From contig JAFASX010000025.1 of NCBI GenBank assembly GCA_019244295.1, positions 12,478 to 76,477 on the forward strand: a DNA stretch of 64,000 nt, in the 5' to 3' direction. Made by a program: the position numbers and the translations under genes. The DNA comes from Pseudonocardia sp. (lineage in GTDB: Bacteria; Actinomycetota; Actinomycetes; Mycobacteriales; Pseudonocardiaceae). Below are positions 39,821 to 50,871 of this stretch, in pieces. Numbering within the stretch: position 1 is the stretch's first letter; each line of letters opens with the position of its first letter. The notes beneath the pieces were generated by a model, which worked only from the letters and a program-made list of their open reading frames with translations, was not told the DNA's origin and did no database searches.

Positions 39821-41223
39821 TGGGCGGTTTGCGCGGTGACCATCGGCAACGCCGCCACGGCGGCCTCGAACGCCCGGCCCCGGGCGGCGTAGTCCTGGAA
39901 CTGATCGAGGGACGCCGCCGCTGGTGCCAGCAGCACCACGTCACCGGGAGTGGCCAAGTCGACGGCCCGACGAACCGCATTGGTCATGGGATCATGTTCT
40001 CCCGGCGGGACCTTCGAGACGCGGACTTCGGGCGCGTGTTGCGACAGCGCGTCACAAATCGGCCCCTGATCGATACCTAGCAAGACAACCGCGGCCAGTC
40101 GATGGGCGTGCTGACGCACCAACTCCGTGATCGAAGCGCCCTTCAGCTGTCCCCCGGCGATCCACACCACTCGTCGGTGTCCAGCCAGCGCGGCATCGGC
40201 CGCGTGTGGGTTTGTCGCCTTGGAGTCGTCGATGAAACGTACGCCCGCTCGCTCACCGACCACGACGCCCCGATGCGGGCCTGGTCGATAGCCACGCAAT
40301 CCAGCGGCGATCTGGTCGGGGGTTACTCCGACGGCTCTGGCCAAAGCGGCGGCCGCCAATGCATCCACCTGCCCTGGCGGTCCAGCGGGATGTACGTGCT
40401 CCACCGCGACCAGTGGTACCGGTCGCACGTCGAAGGCATAATCGACCAAGGTGTTGTCTAGCACCCCATACTGCCCTGGCACGGGGGCGGCAAGCGTCAC
40501 GCCGAGCCGAGTCGGCGCACGGCACTGAGCCAGCGCGGTAGCCGCCATCTGGTTGTCCACTCCCGCCACAGCGATCCCACCACGCAGCACCCTCGACTTG
40601 GCCGCTAGATAGCCGGCCATTCCGCCGTGCCACTCCAGATGGTCTTCGGCCACGTTGAGCAGACAACCCGCCGCCGGCCGTATTGACGGTGACCAGTACA
40701 GCTGGAAACTGGAGAGCTCGACGGCCAGCTCCCGGTGTCCCGCGCGGACCGCATCAATGACCGGAGTACCCACGTTTCCGCAGGCCAGCACGTCACGTCC
40801 GGCCTCGGTGAGGATCGCGGTCAGCATTCCAACGGTTGTCGTTTTGCCGTTGGTTCCGGTCACCGCGAGCCAGCGTGGGGGTACCTCACCCGGTCCGCCT
40901 GGCTGAGTCCAACGCCACGCCAGCTCGGGCTCGCCGATGACCTCTGTCCCGTTCGCGGCGGCGGCGGTCAGCAACGGGTTGTCCGGGCGCCAGCCAGGGC
41001 TGGTCACCACCAGCGCGAGATCACACGGCGGGACGACCAGCTTGAGCTCGCCGACACATCCCGGTGGCAGCGACGCAAGCCGCCGCGCCGCGTCGTCGGC
41101 CACGATCACCCGAGCGCCCAACTCAACCAGTGCCCTGGCCGCCGCGAGCCCGGAGAGCCCAGCACCGGCGACCAGCACCAAGCGGCCCCGCAGGGCGCCC
41201 AGGCCGCCTACATTGTGAGACAC
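39817..41223 (-). CDS. murD: UDP-MurNAc-L-Ala--D-glutamate ligase
   Basis: VAGAGLSG; VTSPGW; VTGTNGKTTT; VELSSFQL; DDSKATN; LLAPAAASLDQF. Confidence 0.96.
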   Translation of the reverse strand: MSHNVGGLGALRGRLVLVAGAGLSGLAAARALVELGARVIVADDAARRLASLPPGCVGELKLVVPPCDLALVVTSPGWRPDNPLLTAAAANGTEVIGEPELAWRWTQPGGPGEVPPRWLAVTGTNGKTTTVGMLTAILTEAGRDVLACGNVGTPVIDAVRAGHRELAVELSSFQLYWSPSIRPAAGCLLNVAEDHLEWHGGMAGYLAAKSRVLRGGIAVAGVDNQMAATALAQCRAPTRLGVTLAAPVPGQYGVLDNTLVDYAFDVRPVPLVAVEHVHPAGPPGQVDALAAAALARAVGVTPDQIAAGLRGYRPGPHRGVVVGERAGVRFIDDSKATNPHAADAALAGHRRVVWIAGGQLKGASITELVRQHAHRLAAVVLLGIDQGPICDALSQHAPEVRVSKVPPGEHDPMTNAVRRAVDLATPGDVVLLAPAAASLDQFQDYAARGRAFEAAVAALPMVTAQTAQ

Positions 41224-41228
41224 GGCCG

Positions 41229-42311
41229 CTAACCTCCGGACGACTCGGCCAGCCACTCGCTGTAGAAGATCCCCAGGCCAATCGCGCAGCAAATCGCGGC
41301 CAGCAGCCAGAAACGGATGATCACCGTTGTCTCCGCCCAGCCGGCCAATTCGAAGTGATGGTGGAACGGCGCCATCCGGAACAGCCGCCGTCTGGTCGAG
41401 CGAAACACCACGATCTGCAATAAGACCGACAAAACCTCCACCACGAACACCCCGCCGATCACCACCAACAGCAACTCGGTCCGGGTCACGATGGACAGTC
41501 CAGCTATCAAACCACCCAATGCAAGCGATCCGGTATCGCCCATGAAGATCCGCGCTGGTGCGGCATTCCACCAGAGAAATCCGACACAGGCGCCCACCGC
41601 CGCCGCCGCGACCAGCGCCACATCGAGTGGGTCACGGACTTGGTAACAGCCGGCTGCGTTGGTCAGCGCGCAACTGTTGCGGAACTGCCAGAAACCGATG
41701 ATCACGTAGGTGGCCAACGCCATCGCCGACGTTCCGGCGGCCAGCCCATCCAATCCATCGGTCAGGTTCACCGCGTTCGACCACGCGGTGACCAGGATGT
41801 AGCAGAACACTACGAAGCCGACCGCGCCGAAGGAGAGCACCAGGATGTCACGCACGAACGACGGCCGCATCGACGCCGGGGTCAGCCCATTCGAGTTAGC
41901 GAAACGCAGAGCCAATATTCCGAAGACCAACGAGGTGACCAGCTGACCGACCAGCTTGGCTGTCTTATTGAGTCCCAGATTGCGCTGCCGCCGCAACTTG
42001 ATCAGATCGTCAACGAAACCGACGACGCCCAGTGCGGTGGTCAACAGCAGAACCAACCAGGCCGACGCCGTCGGAGTGCCTCCGGATTCGCCAGTGCTCA
42101 CGTGCGCGACCAGGTAACCGACCCAGATAGAAGCCAGGATCGCCACGCCGCCCATGGTGGGAGTACCCCGCTTGGCTTGATGGCTGGCCGGTCCCTCGGC
42201 TCGGATCTCTTGCCCGAACCCCTGCCGGGCGAAAAACCGGATCAAGTAAGGAGTCACCAAGATGGACATGACCAGGGCCGCTCCAGCGGCAATCAGGATT
42301 CCCCTCATCAC
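41229..42311 (-). CDS. mraY: Phospho-MurNAc-pentapeptide transferase
   Basis: KRGTPTMGG; GFVDDLIK; [13 protein letters not shown]; FMGDTGS; [11 protein letters not shown]. Confidence 0.98.
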   Translation of the reverse strand: MMRGILIAAGAALVMSILVTPYLIRFFARQGFGQEIRAEGPASHQAKRGTPTMGGVAILASIWVGYLVAHVSTGESGGTPTASAWLVLLLTTALGVVGFVDDLIKLRRQRNLGLNKTAKLVGQLVTSLVFGILALRFANSNGLTPASMRPSFVRDILVLSFGAVGFVVFCYILVTAWSNAVNLTDGLDGLAAGTSAMALATYVIIGFWQFRNSCALTNAAGCYQVRDPLDVALVAAAAVGACVGFLWWNAAPARIFMGDTGSLALGGLIAGLSIVTRTELLLVVIGGVFVVEVLSVLLQIVVFRSTRRRLFRMAPFHHHFELAGWAETTVIIRFWLLAAICCAIGLGIFYSEWLAESSGG

Positions 42312-43711
42312 CCGCCGACCTCACTCGTCGCCGCTGTACCGCCGTTAAGCAATCCCTCGACCACCCGTTCCAGGCCGGCCGCTCTGGACGCCTTCACCAG
42401 CACCACGTCGTGCGGCCGCAGCTGTCTGCGTAGCAGATCCAGCGCTGCCGCGACGTCCGGCACCACCATTGAGTCCTTCCCGTAACACTCGATGCCCACG
42501 GCTACTAGCCGCTGCACGCCGAGTTCTCCAGCGAGCAGCCCAACCTGTGCGTGCGCCGTCTCGGTGAGGCTCCCCAACTCCGCCATCGGGCCAAGAACCG
42601 CCCAGCGGCGGCGAGACCGACCGCTGATCGCGCTCAGCGCGTGCAGCGCCGCACGCATCGACTCCGGATTGGCGTTGTACGCATCGTTGATCACGGTAAC
42701 CCCGTCCGACCGGTCGGTCACCTCCATCCGCCACCTCGATGCCACCGTAGCGGCGCTCAACCGCGCCGCTATCTGATCTGGTCCGAGTCCAAGCTCGCCT
42801 GCGACGGCCGCCACCCCCAACGCATTGAGCACCTGATGTTCACCGACCGCGCGCAGCGCGACCTCCTCCGCCCCGGCCGCAGTGACCAGCCGGAACCGAG
42901 CTCGCCCCCGCTCATCCAGTGTCACGCCCTCGGCACACACGTCGGCACCCCGTACCCGACCGAAAGTAACGACCTTGGCGGCGGTTCGACCGGCCATCGC
43001 GGCTACCCTCGGGTCGCCGAAGTTGAGCGCCGCCACTCCGCCCGCCGAGGCGGCCGGTAACGCCTCGACCAGCTCGCCCTTGGCCGCCGCGATGGCATCC
43101 GCCGAGCCGAACTCGCTCATGTGCGCGCTACCGACGTTGAGCACCAGGCCGATCCGAGGCGGCGCCACCGCGCACAACGCGGCGATGTGCCCGATTCCGC
43201 GTGCCGCTAGCTCCAACACTAGGTAGCGGGTGTGCTCGTCAGCGCGCAACACGGTCCACGGGTGGCCCAGCTCATTGTTGAACGAGCCCGGCGGCGCCAC
43301 CACAAACCCGGCTGGCGCCGCTGAGCCAAGCGCTGAGCTCAAAACTGAGGCCAGCAGGTCCTTGGTGGTGGTCTTGCCTGACGAACCGGTCAGCCCGATC
43401 ACGTCCAGTTCGGGCAACCGCCGGACCAGGTGCGCGGCCAGCCGCGCCAACGCGGCGAGCACGTCAACCACCACCACGGCCGGAGCCCGCACCGGGCGAG
43501 CGGCGAGCACGCCGGCCGCACCGGCGGCAAGCGCGGCGGCGGCGTAGTCGTGGCCATCCACGTGCTCGCCGCGCAGCGCGACAAACAGTCCCCCCTTGGT
43601 CATGGCTCTAGAATCGAACTCAACGGTGCCGGTGATCAGCTCACTGCCATCGGCTGTGTCCAGCCGGCCGCCGACCACGCTGGCCAGCTCACCGAGCGTC
43701 ATGCGAATCAT
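42308..43711 (-). CDS. murF: UDP-MurNAc-tripeptide--D-Ala-D-Ala ligase
   Basis: FDSR; GEHVDGHDY; [12 protein letters not shown]; SFNNELG; [11 protein letters not shown]; LVKASR. Confidence 0.97.
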   Translation of the reverse strand: MIRMTLGELASVVGGRLDTADGSELITGTVEFDSRAMTKGGLFVALRGEHVDGHDYAAAALAAGAAGVLAARPVRAPAVVVVDVLAALARLAAHLVRRLPELDVIGLTGSSGKTTTKDLLASVLSSALGSAAPAGFVVAPPGSFNNELGHPWTVLRADEHTRYLVLELAARGIGHIAALCAVAPPRIGLVLNVGSAHMSEFGSADAIAAAKGELVEALPAASAGGVAALNFGDPRVAAMAGRTAAKVVTFGRVRGADVCAEGVTLDERGRARFRLVTAAGAEEVALRAVGEHQVLNALGVAAVAGELGLGPDQIAARLSAATVASRWRMEVTDRSDGVTVINDAYNANPESMRAALHALSAISGRSRRRWAVLGPMAELGSLTETAHAQVGLLAGELGVQRLVAVGIECYGKDSMVVPDVAAALDLLRRQLRPHDVVLVKASRAAGLERVVEGLLNGGTAATSEVGG

Positions 43712-45291
43712 CGGGCATCCTCTCTGGCCCGCAGGGCGGCGGTCAGCTCATCAACGTCACAGAACGGTCGTGTGACGTTGTTGATGCGTTGACCGGTCTC
43801 GTGCCCCTTGCCGACCACCACCAGGATGTCCCCCGCTTCGGCCCTGGCCACGGCGGCCGCGATCGCGGCCCCGCGGTCGCCGATCTCGATCACCTCGCCG
43901 AGCGGAGGCGCGGAGAGCGCCCCGGCCAGCATGGCGGCCCGGATCGCCTCCGGCCGTTCCGTCCTCGGGTTGTCGTCGGTGATCACTAACAGCTCGGCGC
44001 GGCTGGCGGCGGCGGCACCCATCAACGGTCGCTTGGCGGCATCTCGATCACCGCCGCAGCCCAACACCACCAGTAACCGGCCGCGTCGGCCAGTAACGGC
44101 CAGCCTGGCCCGCAAGGTGTCCAACACAGCCGCCACCGCACCAGGCTTGTGCGCGTAGTCCACCATCGCCAGATACGGCTGGCCCACATCGACCCGCTGC
44201 AGCCGGCCGGGCACCGAGACACCGGCCATCCCCGGGGCGGCGATGTGAGCGGGCACCCCGACCTGGCTGAGGCAGGCGAGCGCGAGCAGAGCATTGGCGA
44301 CCATGAACAACCCGGGCGACAGCAGGGTCACCTCGGCGCGCCCACCCGTGGGGTCCACGGCGACGAACCGCTGGCCCCCGTTCTCCATTGGCCGGACCGA
44401 CTCGGCACGCCAAGCCGGCTCCACCAAGCCGGCCGCAGAGACCGCGACCGTACCGGAGCGGACGAGCCGCCGACCCCACTCGTCATCGACGTTGACGACC
44501 TCGCTCCGCGCGCGGCCATCGAACAACATGGCTTTGGCTTCGAAGTATCGTTCTAGATCGCCGTGGAAGTCCAAGTGGTCCTGCGACAGGTTGGTGAACG
44601 CGCCGACATCGAAGCGGGTTCCGGCCACTCGATGGAGCGCGAGCGCGTGACTGGAGACCTCCATGACAGCGTGGCTGGCCCCGCGCTCTCGCATGATCGC
44701 GAATAAGGCCTGCAGATCCGGTGCTTCCGGGGTGGTCAGCTTACTGTCCCAAACCTCGCCGGCCACGACGGTGCGCACCGTGCCAACCAGCCCGGTGACC
44801 AGCCCAGCGGCCCGCAACCCAGCATCGATCAGGTAGCACACGGTGGTCTTGCCGCTCGTGCCGGTGATCCCGAGCACACTGAGCCGGGCGCTGGGATCGC
44901 CGTAGACGCTGGCCGCCAGCGCGCCGAGCACGGCCCGGGGGTTGGGATGCAGGAGCACCGGCACACCGGCGGCGGCCACCGCCGGTCGATCCGCCCCCGC
45001 CAAGTCCGTCAGCAGCGCGGTGGCACCCGCAGCGAGCGCGACGGACACGAAGTCGGCTCCGTGCGCACGCGAGCCGGGCAGCGCGGCGAATAAGTCACCG
45101 CGGCGGACATCAGCGGTGCGCAGCGTGACCCCGGTGATCGGGACGGCGGCAGCTCGCGCTTCGGATTGCCGGTCGCCCTTTCTAACGAGTCGAGCGCCGG
45201 TGAGCTGAGCAAGCTCGGCGAGCGGAACCGGCGTGATCGCGACAGGACGCCGGACCGCCGTCGCGGCACTCACGATCGGGGTCGCGGACAC
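43708..45291 (-). CDS. murE: UDP-MurNAc-dipeptide--diaminopimelate ligase
   Basis: ITGTSGKTT; TTPEA; MEVSSHAL; NLSQDHLDFH; DYAHKP; DDNPR (meso-DAP specificity motif); GKGHE. Confidence 0.97.
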   Translation of the reverse strand: MSATPIVSAATAVRRPVAITPVPLAELAQLTGARLVRKGDRQSEARAAAVPITGVTLRTADVRRGDLFAALPGSRAHGADFVSVALAAGATALLTDLAGADRPAVAAAGVPVLLHPNPRAVLGALAASVYGDPSARLSVLGITGTSGKTTVCYLIDAGLRAAGLVTGLVGTVRTVVAGEVWDSKLTTPEAPDLQALFAIMRERGASHAVMEVSSHALALHRVAGTRFDVGAFTNLSQDHLDFHGDLERYFEAKAMLFDGRARSEVVNVDDEWGRRLVRSGTVAVSAAGLVEPAWRAESVRPMENGGQRFVAVDPTGGRAEVTLLSPGLFMVANALLALACLSQVGVPAHIAAPGMAGVSVPGRLQRVDVGQPYLAMVDYAHKPGAVAAVLDTLRARLAVTGRRGRLLVVLGCGGDRDAAKRPLMGAAAASRAELLVITDDNPRTERPEAIRAAMLAGALSAPPLGEVIEIGDRGAAIAAAVARAEAGDILVVVGKGHETGQRINNVTRPFCDVDELTAALRAREDAR

Positions 45292-45397
45292 GGCCGAAGG
45301 CTACCGGCGCCCGGATCCGCCTCTTGCCGGGGCCGTCCCCTCGGCTCGCCCGCGCCACCCCGCTGCCTGCGCTCAGGTTCGCTCAGCGTTCGCTCAG

Positions 45398-47239
45398 TCA
45401 ATGCAGTACCAACGGCACTGGGGGGGTGGGCTCGGTGCTCACCGGTATCCGCTCCCGTTGCGCGATCGTGGACGCTATCTCGTGGAACAGGCTCGAGGCA
45501 TTCTGCCCACGCGTGGGGGCATCCAACACGATCGCCACCACGTACCGGGGCTGCTCGGCCGGAAAGATACCGGCGAACGTGATCCAGTACCTGGACTCGT
45601 AGTAGCACCCGCACGCCGGGTTGACTTGCTGGGCGGTGCCCGTTTTGCCGGCCACCCGATAGCCTTCGACGGCCGCCTCCGTGCCGGTGCCCCGCTGGTC
45701 CCCATGGCCGCGCTGGGTTACCGCGGTGAGCATTTCTCGAAGCTGACGAGCGGTCTGTGGGGAGACCACCCGCACAGGGTCGGGCCGCTCCTCGGCGTGC
45801 CGCACACCGTCCGGGCCTATCACGGCGGACACAATCCGAGGCGATATCCGCAGCCCGTCGTTGGCCACTGACTGATACATCCCAGCCAGCTGCAACACGG
45901 TCATGGACAGGCCCTGTCCAATCGGCAGGTTGCCGAACGTCGAACCCGACCACTCCGCCCGCGCGGGCACCCGGCCGGCACTCTCCCCCGGCAGCCCAAC
46001 CCCGGTACGCACGCCCAGCCCCATCCTGGCCAGCATGTCGGCGAACCGGTCCGGCCCGACGTCGTCCGCGGTCAGCAGCGTGCCGACATTTGAGGACCGC
46101 GCCAGAATACCGGTGAGCGTGAAGCGCTCAGTGGGGTGGTTCCAGGCATCGTGGATGATCCGATCAGCCACCTTGAGGCTGTCTGGTACTTCGCGGGAGG
46201 CCATCGGGGTGCTCACCCCGTATTCCAGCGCCGCCGCCATCGTCACGATCTTGTTCACTGAACCCGGTTCAAACGGCGTGCTGACCGCCGGGTTGCCCAG
46301 CGACTGCTGCGTCGCGGCCACGATGTCGCGTGGATCGAATGTGGTGCTGTTGGCCAGCGCGCGCACTTCACCGGTCGCGGAGTCCAGCACGACCGCGCTA
46401 CCGCCCTTGGCGCCCTGCTCCGCCACGTAGTCCGACAGCTGCCGCTGCACGGCGTACTGCAGGTCGGAGTCCAGCGTTAGCTGCAAGTCGGAACCGGGAA
46501 CCGGGGCCCGCTCGGCCCGCGTACTGCCCGGGATCACCGTGTCGCCGCCCTCAGCGGTATCCACCACCCGGAAACCCGGGATCCCGGCCAGTGTGTCTTC
46601 CCGATACGCCTCGAGACCCACCAGCCCGCGCAGGCGATGCTGGTCAAGATCCCAACTCGCCGTCCCGATGATGTTCGCCGCGAGCGGTCCGCCGGGGTAC
46701 TGCCGCGACTCGCGGGTCTCCTCGGCAATCTCCGGGAACCGTTCGCGTACGGCACGAGCCACGGCCGGCTCAACCAGCGGCGCCAAGACGACGTAGTGCT
46801 TGTCGGTGTTCAAGTCGTCGAAGAGCTGACGGGCATCGAGGCCGGTCAGCTGCGCTACACCGAGCGCAATCTCGGTCTTGCGGGCAAGCGCGCCGGGGCC
46901 CTGGTCGCGGGAGATGAGGAATGGGTCAGCGACGAGTGCCTTCGCCGCCACGCTGAAAGCCATCGGGATGCCGGCCCGATCCAACACTGAGCCGCGTTCG
47001 GCCGGCAACGGCAACCTGGTCATCCGCTGTTTAGCGGCCTCAGCGCTGAGCTGGCCGGCCTGCACCGCTTGTACCGTTACCAGCTTCAACCCGGCCACCA
47101 CCAGCATGGACACCAGGATCATGCGGGCGAGCACCAACCTGCCGCCGGCCACGGCCCGCCAGCCGGGTGAAGCTGGTGGGCGCCGCCTCGGTGATGAGGC
47201 CACGGATCGGGCGCGGGTACTGCCCGCGGGGGCACGCAC
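45398..47239 (-). CDS. ftsI: Penicillin-binding protein FtsI (class B); start uncertain
   Basis: N-terminal TM; ERGSVLDR; FEPGSVNK (SxxK); SSN (SxN); GKTGTAQ (KTG). Confidence 0.95.
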   Translation of the reverse strand: MRAPAGSTRARSVASSPRRRPPASPGWRAVAGGRLVLARMILVSMLVVAGLKLVTVQAVQAGQLSAEAAKQRMTRLPLPAERGSVLDRAGIPMAFSVAAKALVADPFLISRDQGPGALARKTEIALGVAQLTGLDARQLFDDLNTDKHYVVLAPLVEPAVARAVRERFPEIAEETRESRQYPGGPLAANIIGTASWDLDQHRLRGLVGLEAYREDTLAGIPGFRVVDTAEGGDTVIPGSTRAERAPVPGSDLQLTLDSDLQYAVQRQLSDYVAEQGAKGGSAVVLDSATGEVRALANSTTFDPRDIVAATQQSLGNPAVSTPFEPGSVNKIVTMAAALEYGVSTPMASREVPDSLKVADRIIHDAWNHPTERFTLTGILARSSNVGTLLTADDVGPDRFADMLARMGLGVRTGVGLPGESAGRVPARAEWSGSTFGNLPIGQGLSMTVLQLAGMYQSVANDGLRISPRIVSAVIGPDGVRHAEERPDPVRVVSPQTARQLREMLTAVTQRGHGDQRGTGTEAAVEGYRVAGKTGTAQQVNPACGCYYESRYWITFAGIFPAEQPRYVVAIVLDAPTRGQNASSLFHEIASTIAQRERIPVSTEPTPPVPLVLH

Positions 47240-47244
47240 CTGCC

Positions 47245-47919
47245 TCAGCCCGCACCGGCGGCGAGTTGCTCGGGCAGCGCCGGGCTTTGAGCCGGCGGCG
47301 CTTCGCCCGGTGTGCCCTGAGCCAGCGGCGCATCCGGAGACGCCGGCGCGGCGACCGGCGACAGTTGCGCTGGCGCATCCGGAGGCGGCGCGGCAACCGG
47401 CAGCGACGCTGGCGCATCCGGGGGCGGCGCGGCAACCGGCGCTGGCGCGGCGAACGCCGCCTTGGGCGTGCCAACCAGCCGCACCGAGCCATCCGGCATA
47501 GCCACCAGCCTGGCTACGTCGGACATCGGCACCATGCCCATGTCACGGGCGGCCTGGGCGAGCGCCAGCGCCGAGCGCATCCCGGCGATCTCGGTACGTA
47601 ACGACTCGCTACGCTCGGATAGGTCGCGGGTGGCATGCGCCGCCTCGTCCAGTCGATATGAATCAGCGGCCGCTGTCGTGGACAACCACAGCGAGGCGAC
47701 CAGGCCAGCCGCAAGCAACAACATGACCACGAGCACGAATCGGGTACGTCCAGGCGGACCAGCACGCTGATCGTCAGCCAACCGCCGGTTGCGGCTGGCC
47801 CGCCTGGCGTAGGCGCGACCAACAGCCGCCGACTCGGTTCTCGGTCCGGGGACGATGGCACGCCGCTGGCCAGACGGGACGCGAGACGGACGCGTCCGTT
47901 CAACCGTAGGTCCGCTCAT
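47245..47919 (-). CDS. ftsL: FtsL-like cell division protein with a Pro/Ala-rich tail
   Basis: Lies between rsmH and ftsI; basic N-terminus, TM, coiled coil, [12 protein letters not shown]; ATGA overlap with rsmH. Confidence 0.8.
   Translation of the reverse strand: MSGPTVERTRPSRVPSGQRRAIVPGPRTESAAVGRAYARRASRNRRLADDQRAGPPGRTRFVLVVMLLLAAGLVASLWLSTTAAADSYRLDEAAHATRDLSERSESLRTEIAGMRSALALAQAARDMGMVPMSDVARLVAMPDGSVRLVGTPKAAFAAPAPVAAPPPDAPASLPVAAPPPDAPAQLSPVAAPASPDAPLAQGTPGEAPPAQSPALPEQLAAGAG
47328..47440. repeat. Three imperfect repeats encoding [10 protein letters not shown] in the ftsL tail
   Basis: gcgcatccgg...gcggc(a/g)accggc at about 47328, 47373 and 47412. Confidence 0.75.
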
Positions 47920-48881
47920 CGGCCCTCCGCGACTCGTTCGCCTGCGCGCAGACGTACCGAAGCCGCGCGTGGGTTTTCGGCGATCTCCCGGTCCCCGGCG
48001 CGTTCCGCACCCCGAGTGAGCAACCGCCACCTGGCCTCGTGCCCGGGCAGCTCGATCGGCAGGCTAGCCGGGGTTGTGGAGGTGGCCACATCGGCCAGTG
48101 CCCGTTTGACCAGCCGGTCTTCCAGAGAGTGGTAAGCCAGTACCACGACCCGGCCGCCGACAGCGGTGACGTCGAGCGCGGCCGGCAACACCGCGCGCAG
48201 CGCGTCCAGCTCGCCGTTGACCTCGATCCGCAACGCTTGGAACGTGCGTTTGGCTGGGTGCCCCCCGGTACGCCGAGACGCGGCTGGTATGGCGTCGTAA
48301 AGCAGTTGCACGAGCTCGTCGCTGGTGCGCAGCGGGGCGAGGGCGCGGCGGCGCACCACAGCGGCCGCGATCCGACTAGCGAAACGCTCCTCGCCAAACT
48401 CGCGCAGCACCCGGGTCAGCTCGTCCGGGGGGTAAGTGTTTAACACCTCGGCGGCGGTTTGCCCCCGCGAGGGATCCATCCGCATATCCAGCCGCGAATT
48501 ACGGGAGTAGGAAAACCCCCGGCCGGCGTCATCCAGCTGCAGCGAAGAAACTCCGAGGTCAAGCAGCACGCCATGCACCCGCTCGATACCCAGCCGCTCG
48601 AGTACCTCACGCAGCTGGTCATAGACCGCGTATACCAACTGAATGCGACCGGTGTACTCAGCGAGCCGCTCACCGGCGATGGCAAGCGCCTGGGTGTCCC
48701 GATCCAGCCCAATCAAGGTCAGTTCCGGATGCGCGGCGAGCAGCGCGGCCGCGTGACCGCCAAGCCCAAGGGTGGCGTCCACGACAATCCTCGGGCCTGC
48801 GCGCAGTGCCGGATCGAACAGCTCCAACACCCGCCCCAACAGCACCGGGACATGTCGGGCAACCGACGATGGTTCTGGCAC
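47916..48881 (-). CDS. rsmH: 16S rRNA m4C1402 methyltransferase (start may lie further upstream)
   Basis: HVPVLL; [10 protein letters not shown]; [10 protein letters not shown]; LDMRMD; [15 protein letters not shown]; YHSLEDR; NPRAAS. Confidence 0.97.
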   Translation of the reverse strand: MPEPSSVARHVPVLLGRVLELFDPALRAGPRIVVDATLGLGGHAAALLAAHPELTLIGLDRDTQALAIAGERLAEYTGRIQLVYAVYDQLREVLERLGIERVHGVLLDLGVSSLQLDDAGRGFSYSRNSRLDMRMDPSRGQTAAEVLNTYPPDELTRVLREFGEERFASRIAAAVVRRRALAPLRTSDELVQLLYDAIPAASRRTGGHPAKRTFQALRIEVNGELDALRAVLPAALDVTAVGGRVVVLAYHSLEDRLVKRALADVATSTTPASLPIELPGHEARWRLLTRGAERAGDREIAENPRAASVRLRAGERVAEGR

Positions 48882-49041
48882 TGGCCGCCCCCTCTCGTTG
48901 ATGCACCGCTGGCTGCTCACTGTTCCGACCGCGATGTCCCGAGGTCTCCGCTCCGCTCCGGGCGGACCTGGCACCGGGGAAGGTGCGCCAGGGCCACCAG
49001 CAGCGAAGAGGAGGCCTCGAGACACCCCTCAGCTCGCGCAC

Positions 49042-49473
49042 TCAGAAGATGCCGGGCAGCACCTCCTGTTGGGCCTGTGCGTACGCGTCTTCGTAACGTT
49101 CCTGATAGGCCTGCCAGGCTTGGGCGTCCCAGATCTCCAGCCGGCTGACCGCTCCGATCACGACGCATTCTTTACTGAGACCGGCATAACGGCGCAGCTC
49201 AGCGGCGATCGGAATACGGCCCTGCGCGTCAGGGACCTGCTCATCGGTCCCGGCGAACAGGTAGCGCTGGTAGGCGCGCACCGACTCGTTGGTAAACGGC
49301 GCCTCAGCCACCTTGCGGGCCAGCTGCTCAAACTCGGCCCGAGGAAACACGTACAGGCAGTGGTCCTGCCCCTTGGTGATCATCAGCCCCCCTCGCAGCT
49401 CATCCCGGTATTTCGCCGGCAAGGTCAGCCGGCCTTTGTCGTCGAGCCTCGGGGTGTGCGTGCCGAGAAACAT
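49042..49473 (-). CDS. mraZ: Division/cell wall cluster repressor MraZ
   Basis: [23 protein letters not shown]; DAQGRIPI; [12 protein letters not shown]. Confidence 0.98.
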   Translation of the reverse strand: MFLGTHTPRLDDKGRLTLPAKYRDELRGGLMITKGQDHCLYVFPRAEFEQLARKVAEAPFTNESVRAYQRYLFAGTDEQVPDAQGRIPIAAELRRYAGLSKECVVIGAVSRLEIWDAQAWQAYQERYEDAYAQAQQEVLPGIF

Positions 49474-49530
49474 CGGCGTCGCCTCCCCGCCGAGGTCACT
49501 AGCCCGGCCCGAGTGGACCGACCGACATGG

Positions 49531-49579
49531 AACCACCCCTTGGCTCCATTGGCCACCACATTACCCCACTTTGCGCCAC
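49531..49579 (-). promoter_or_regulatory. MraZ-binding array: five (G/A)(T/G)GG boxes at 10-bp period upstream of mraZ
   Basis: Minus strand GTGGcgcaaa GTGGggtaat GTGGtggcca ATGGagccaa GGGGtggtt. Confidence 0.85.
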
Positions 49580-49756
49580 CGTCAACGCCCAGGCTGCCCC
49601 ACCGTCTTCGGTAGACGCGGATACCCGCAGCTCATAGACTTCCCGAGCAGGTGGGGGGAAATCTTCATCCAGTGGCCTCGCCGCCGCGTCGAGTCGGGTT
49701 ATTCGCCTGGTTTGGGCTCACTCCACGGGCCGGATCGGACCGAGTCGGGCCCGGAC

Positions 49757-49786
49757 GGGGTGGATAGTGGGGAGCGGTGGAGAGGC
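49757..49786 (+). promoter_or_regulatory. Second MraZ-like array (three boxes, 10-bp period) oriented toward moxR
   Basis: GGGGtggata GTGGggagcg GTGGagaggc. Confidence 0.55.
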
Positions 49787-49882
49787 CCGGGCGGAAGCCA
49801 CACCGCACTTTCGCGTCAGTTCTGATGCCGGACGCCAGCCGGTTTGACAGACTGCGCTCGCTCCCCGAGACCAGGAGGTCGT

Positions 49883-50866
49883 ATGACGACGACGGACAGC
49901 CGACCGGCGCCGATGTCGCTGCCCGAGCTCGCCGCCGTCACCGCGCGTATCGCCGACAACGTCGAGCGTGTGATCGCGGGCAAGTCGGATGCGGTGCGGA
50001 TCGCGTTGATCACCTTGCTCTCCGAAGGGCACCTCTTGGTCGAGGATGTGCCTGGGGTGGGCAAGACGTCACTAGCCAAAGCCCTGGCCCGCTCGATCGA
50101 CTGCGCGGTGAACCGCATCCAGTTCACCCCGGACCTGATGCCCAGCGATATCACCGGCGTGTCGGTCTACAACCGGGAGAGCTCCGAGTTCGAGTTCCGA
50201 CCCGGGCCGATCTTCGCCAACGTGGTGATCGGCGACGAGATCAACAGGGGTTCTCCCAAGACTCAGTCGGCTTTGCTGGAGTGCATGGAGGAACGGCAGG
50301 TCACCGTGGACGGGATGACCTATCCGCTCGGTGATCCGTTCCTGGTCGTGGCCACGCAGAATCCGGTCGAGATGGAAGGCACTTACCCCCTGCCGGAAGC
50401 CCAGCGCGACCGATTCACCGCGCGGGTCAGCATCGGCTACCCAGACCTGTCCGCCGAGCTGGCCATGGTGGACAGCCATGCGGCAGCCGACCCGCTGAGC
50501 GAGCTGTCCCCGGTATCCGACGAGCGGGAGATGGTTGCTGTGCTCACCGGCGTGCGACAGGTCCACTTCGCGGCCAATCTGCGCCGATACGCGGTCGAGC
50601 TGTCCGCCTCCACCCGGCAGATGCCTGAAGTCCGGCTGGGCGCTTCGCCCCGTGCCACCCTGCATCTGGTGCGGGCGGCTAGAGCGGCGGCCGCGCTCGC
50701 TGGCCGAGACTACGTGATCCCCGATGACCTGCACACGGTCATCGTTCCGGTGCTGGCCCATCGGCTGGTGCTCACCGTGGAATCGATCACCGCTCGGCGA
50801 ACCGCCGCCGATCTCTTGCGTAACCTCGTCGCCCAACTGCCCGTACCGCACGGTCCAAGGACCTGA
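49883..50866 (+). CDS. moxR: MoxR family AAA+ ATPase
   Basis: SD AGGAGG; HLLVEDVPGVGKT; RIQFTPDLMPSD; DEINRGSPKTQSALLE; ATQNPVEMEGTYPLPEAQRDRF. Confidence 0.96.
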   Translation: MTTTDSRPAPMSLPELAAVTARIADNVERVIAGKSDAVRIALITLLSEGHLLVEDVPGVGKTSLAKALARSIDCAVNRIQFTPDLMPSDITGVSVYNRESSEFEFRPGPIFANVVIGDEINRGSPKTQSALLECMEERQVTVDGMTYPLGDPFLVVATQNPVEMEGTYPLPEAQRDRFTARVSIGYPDLSAELAMVDSHAAADPLSELSPVSDEREMVAVLTGVRQVHFAANLRRYAVELSASTRQMPEVRLGASPRATLHLVRAARAAAALAGRDYVIPDDLHTVIVPVLAHRLVLTVESITARRTAADLLRNLVAQLPVPHGPRT

Positions 50867-50871
50867 GCGAG

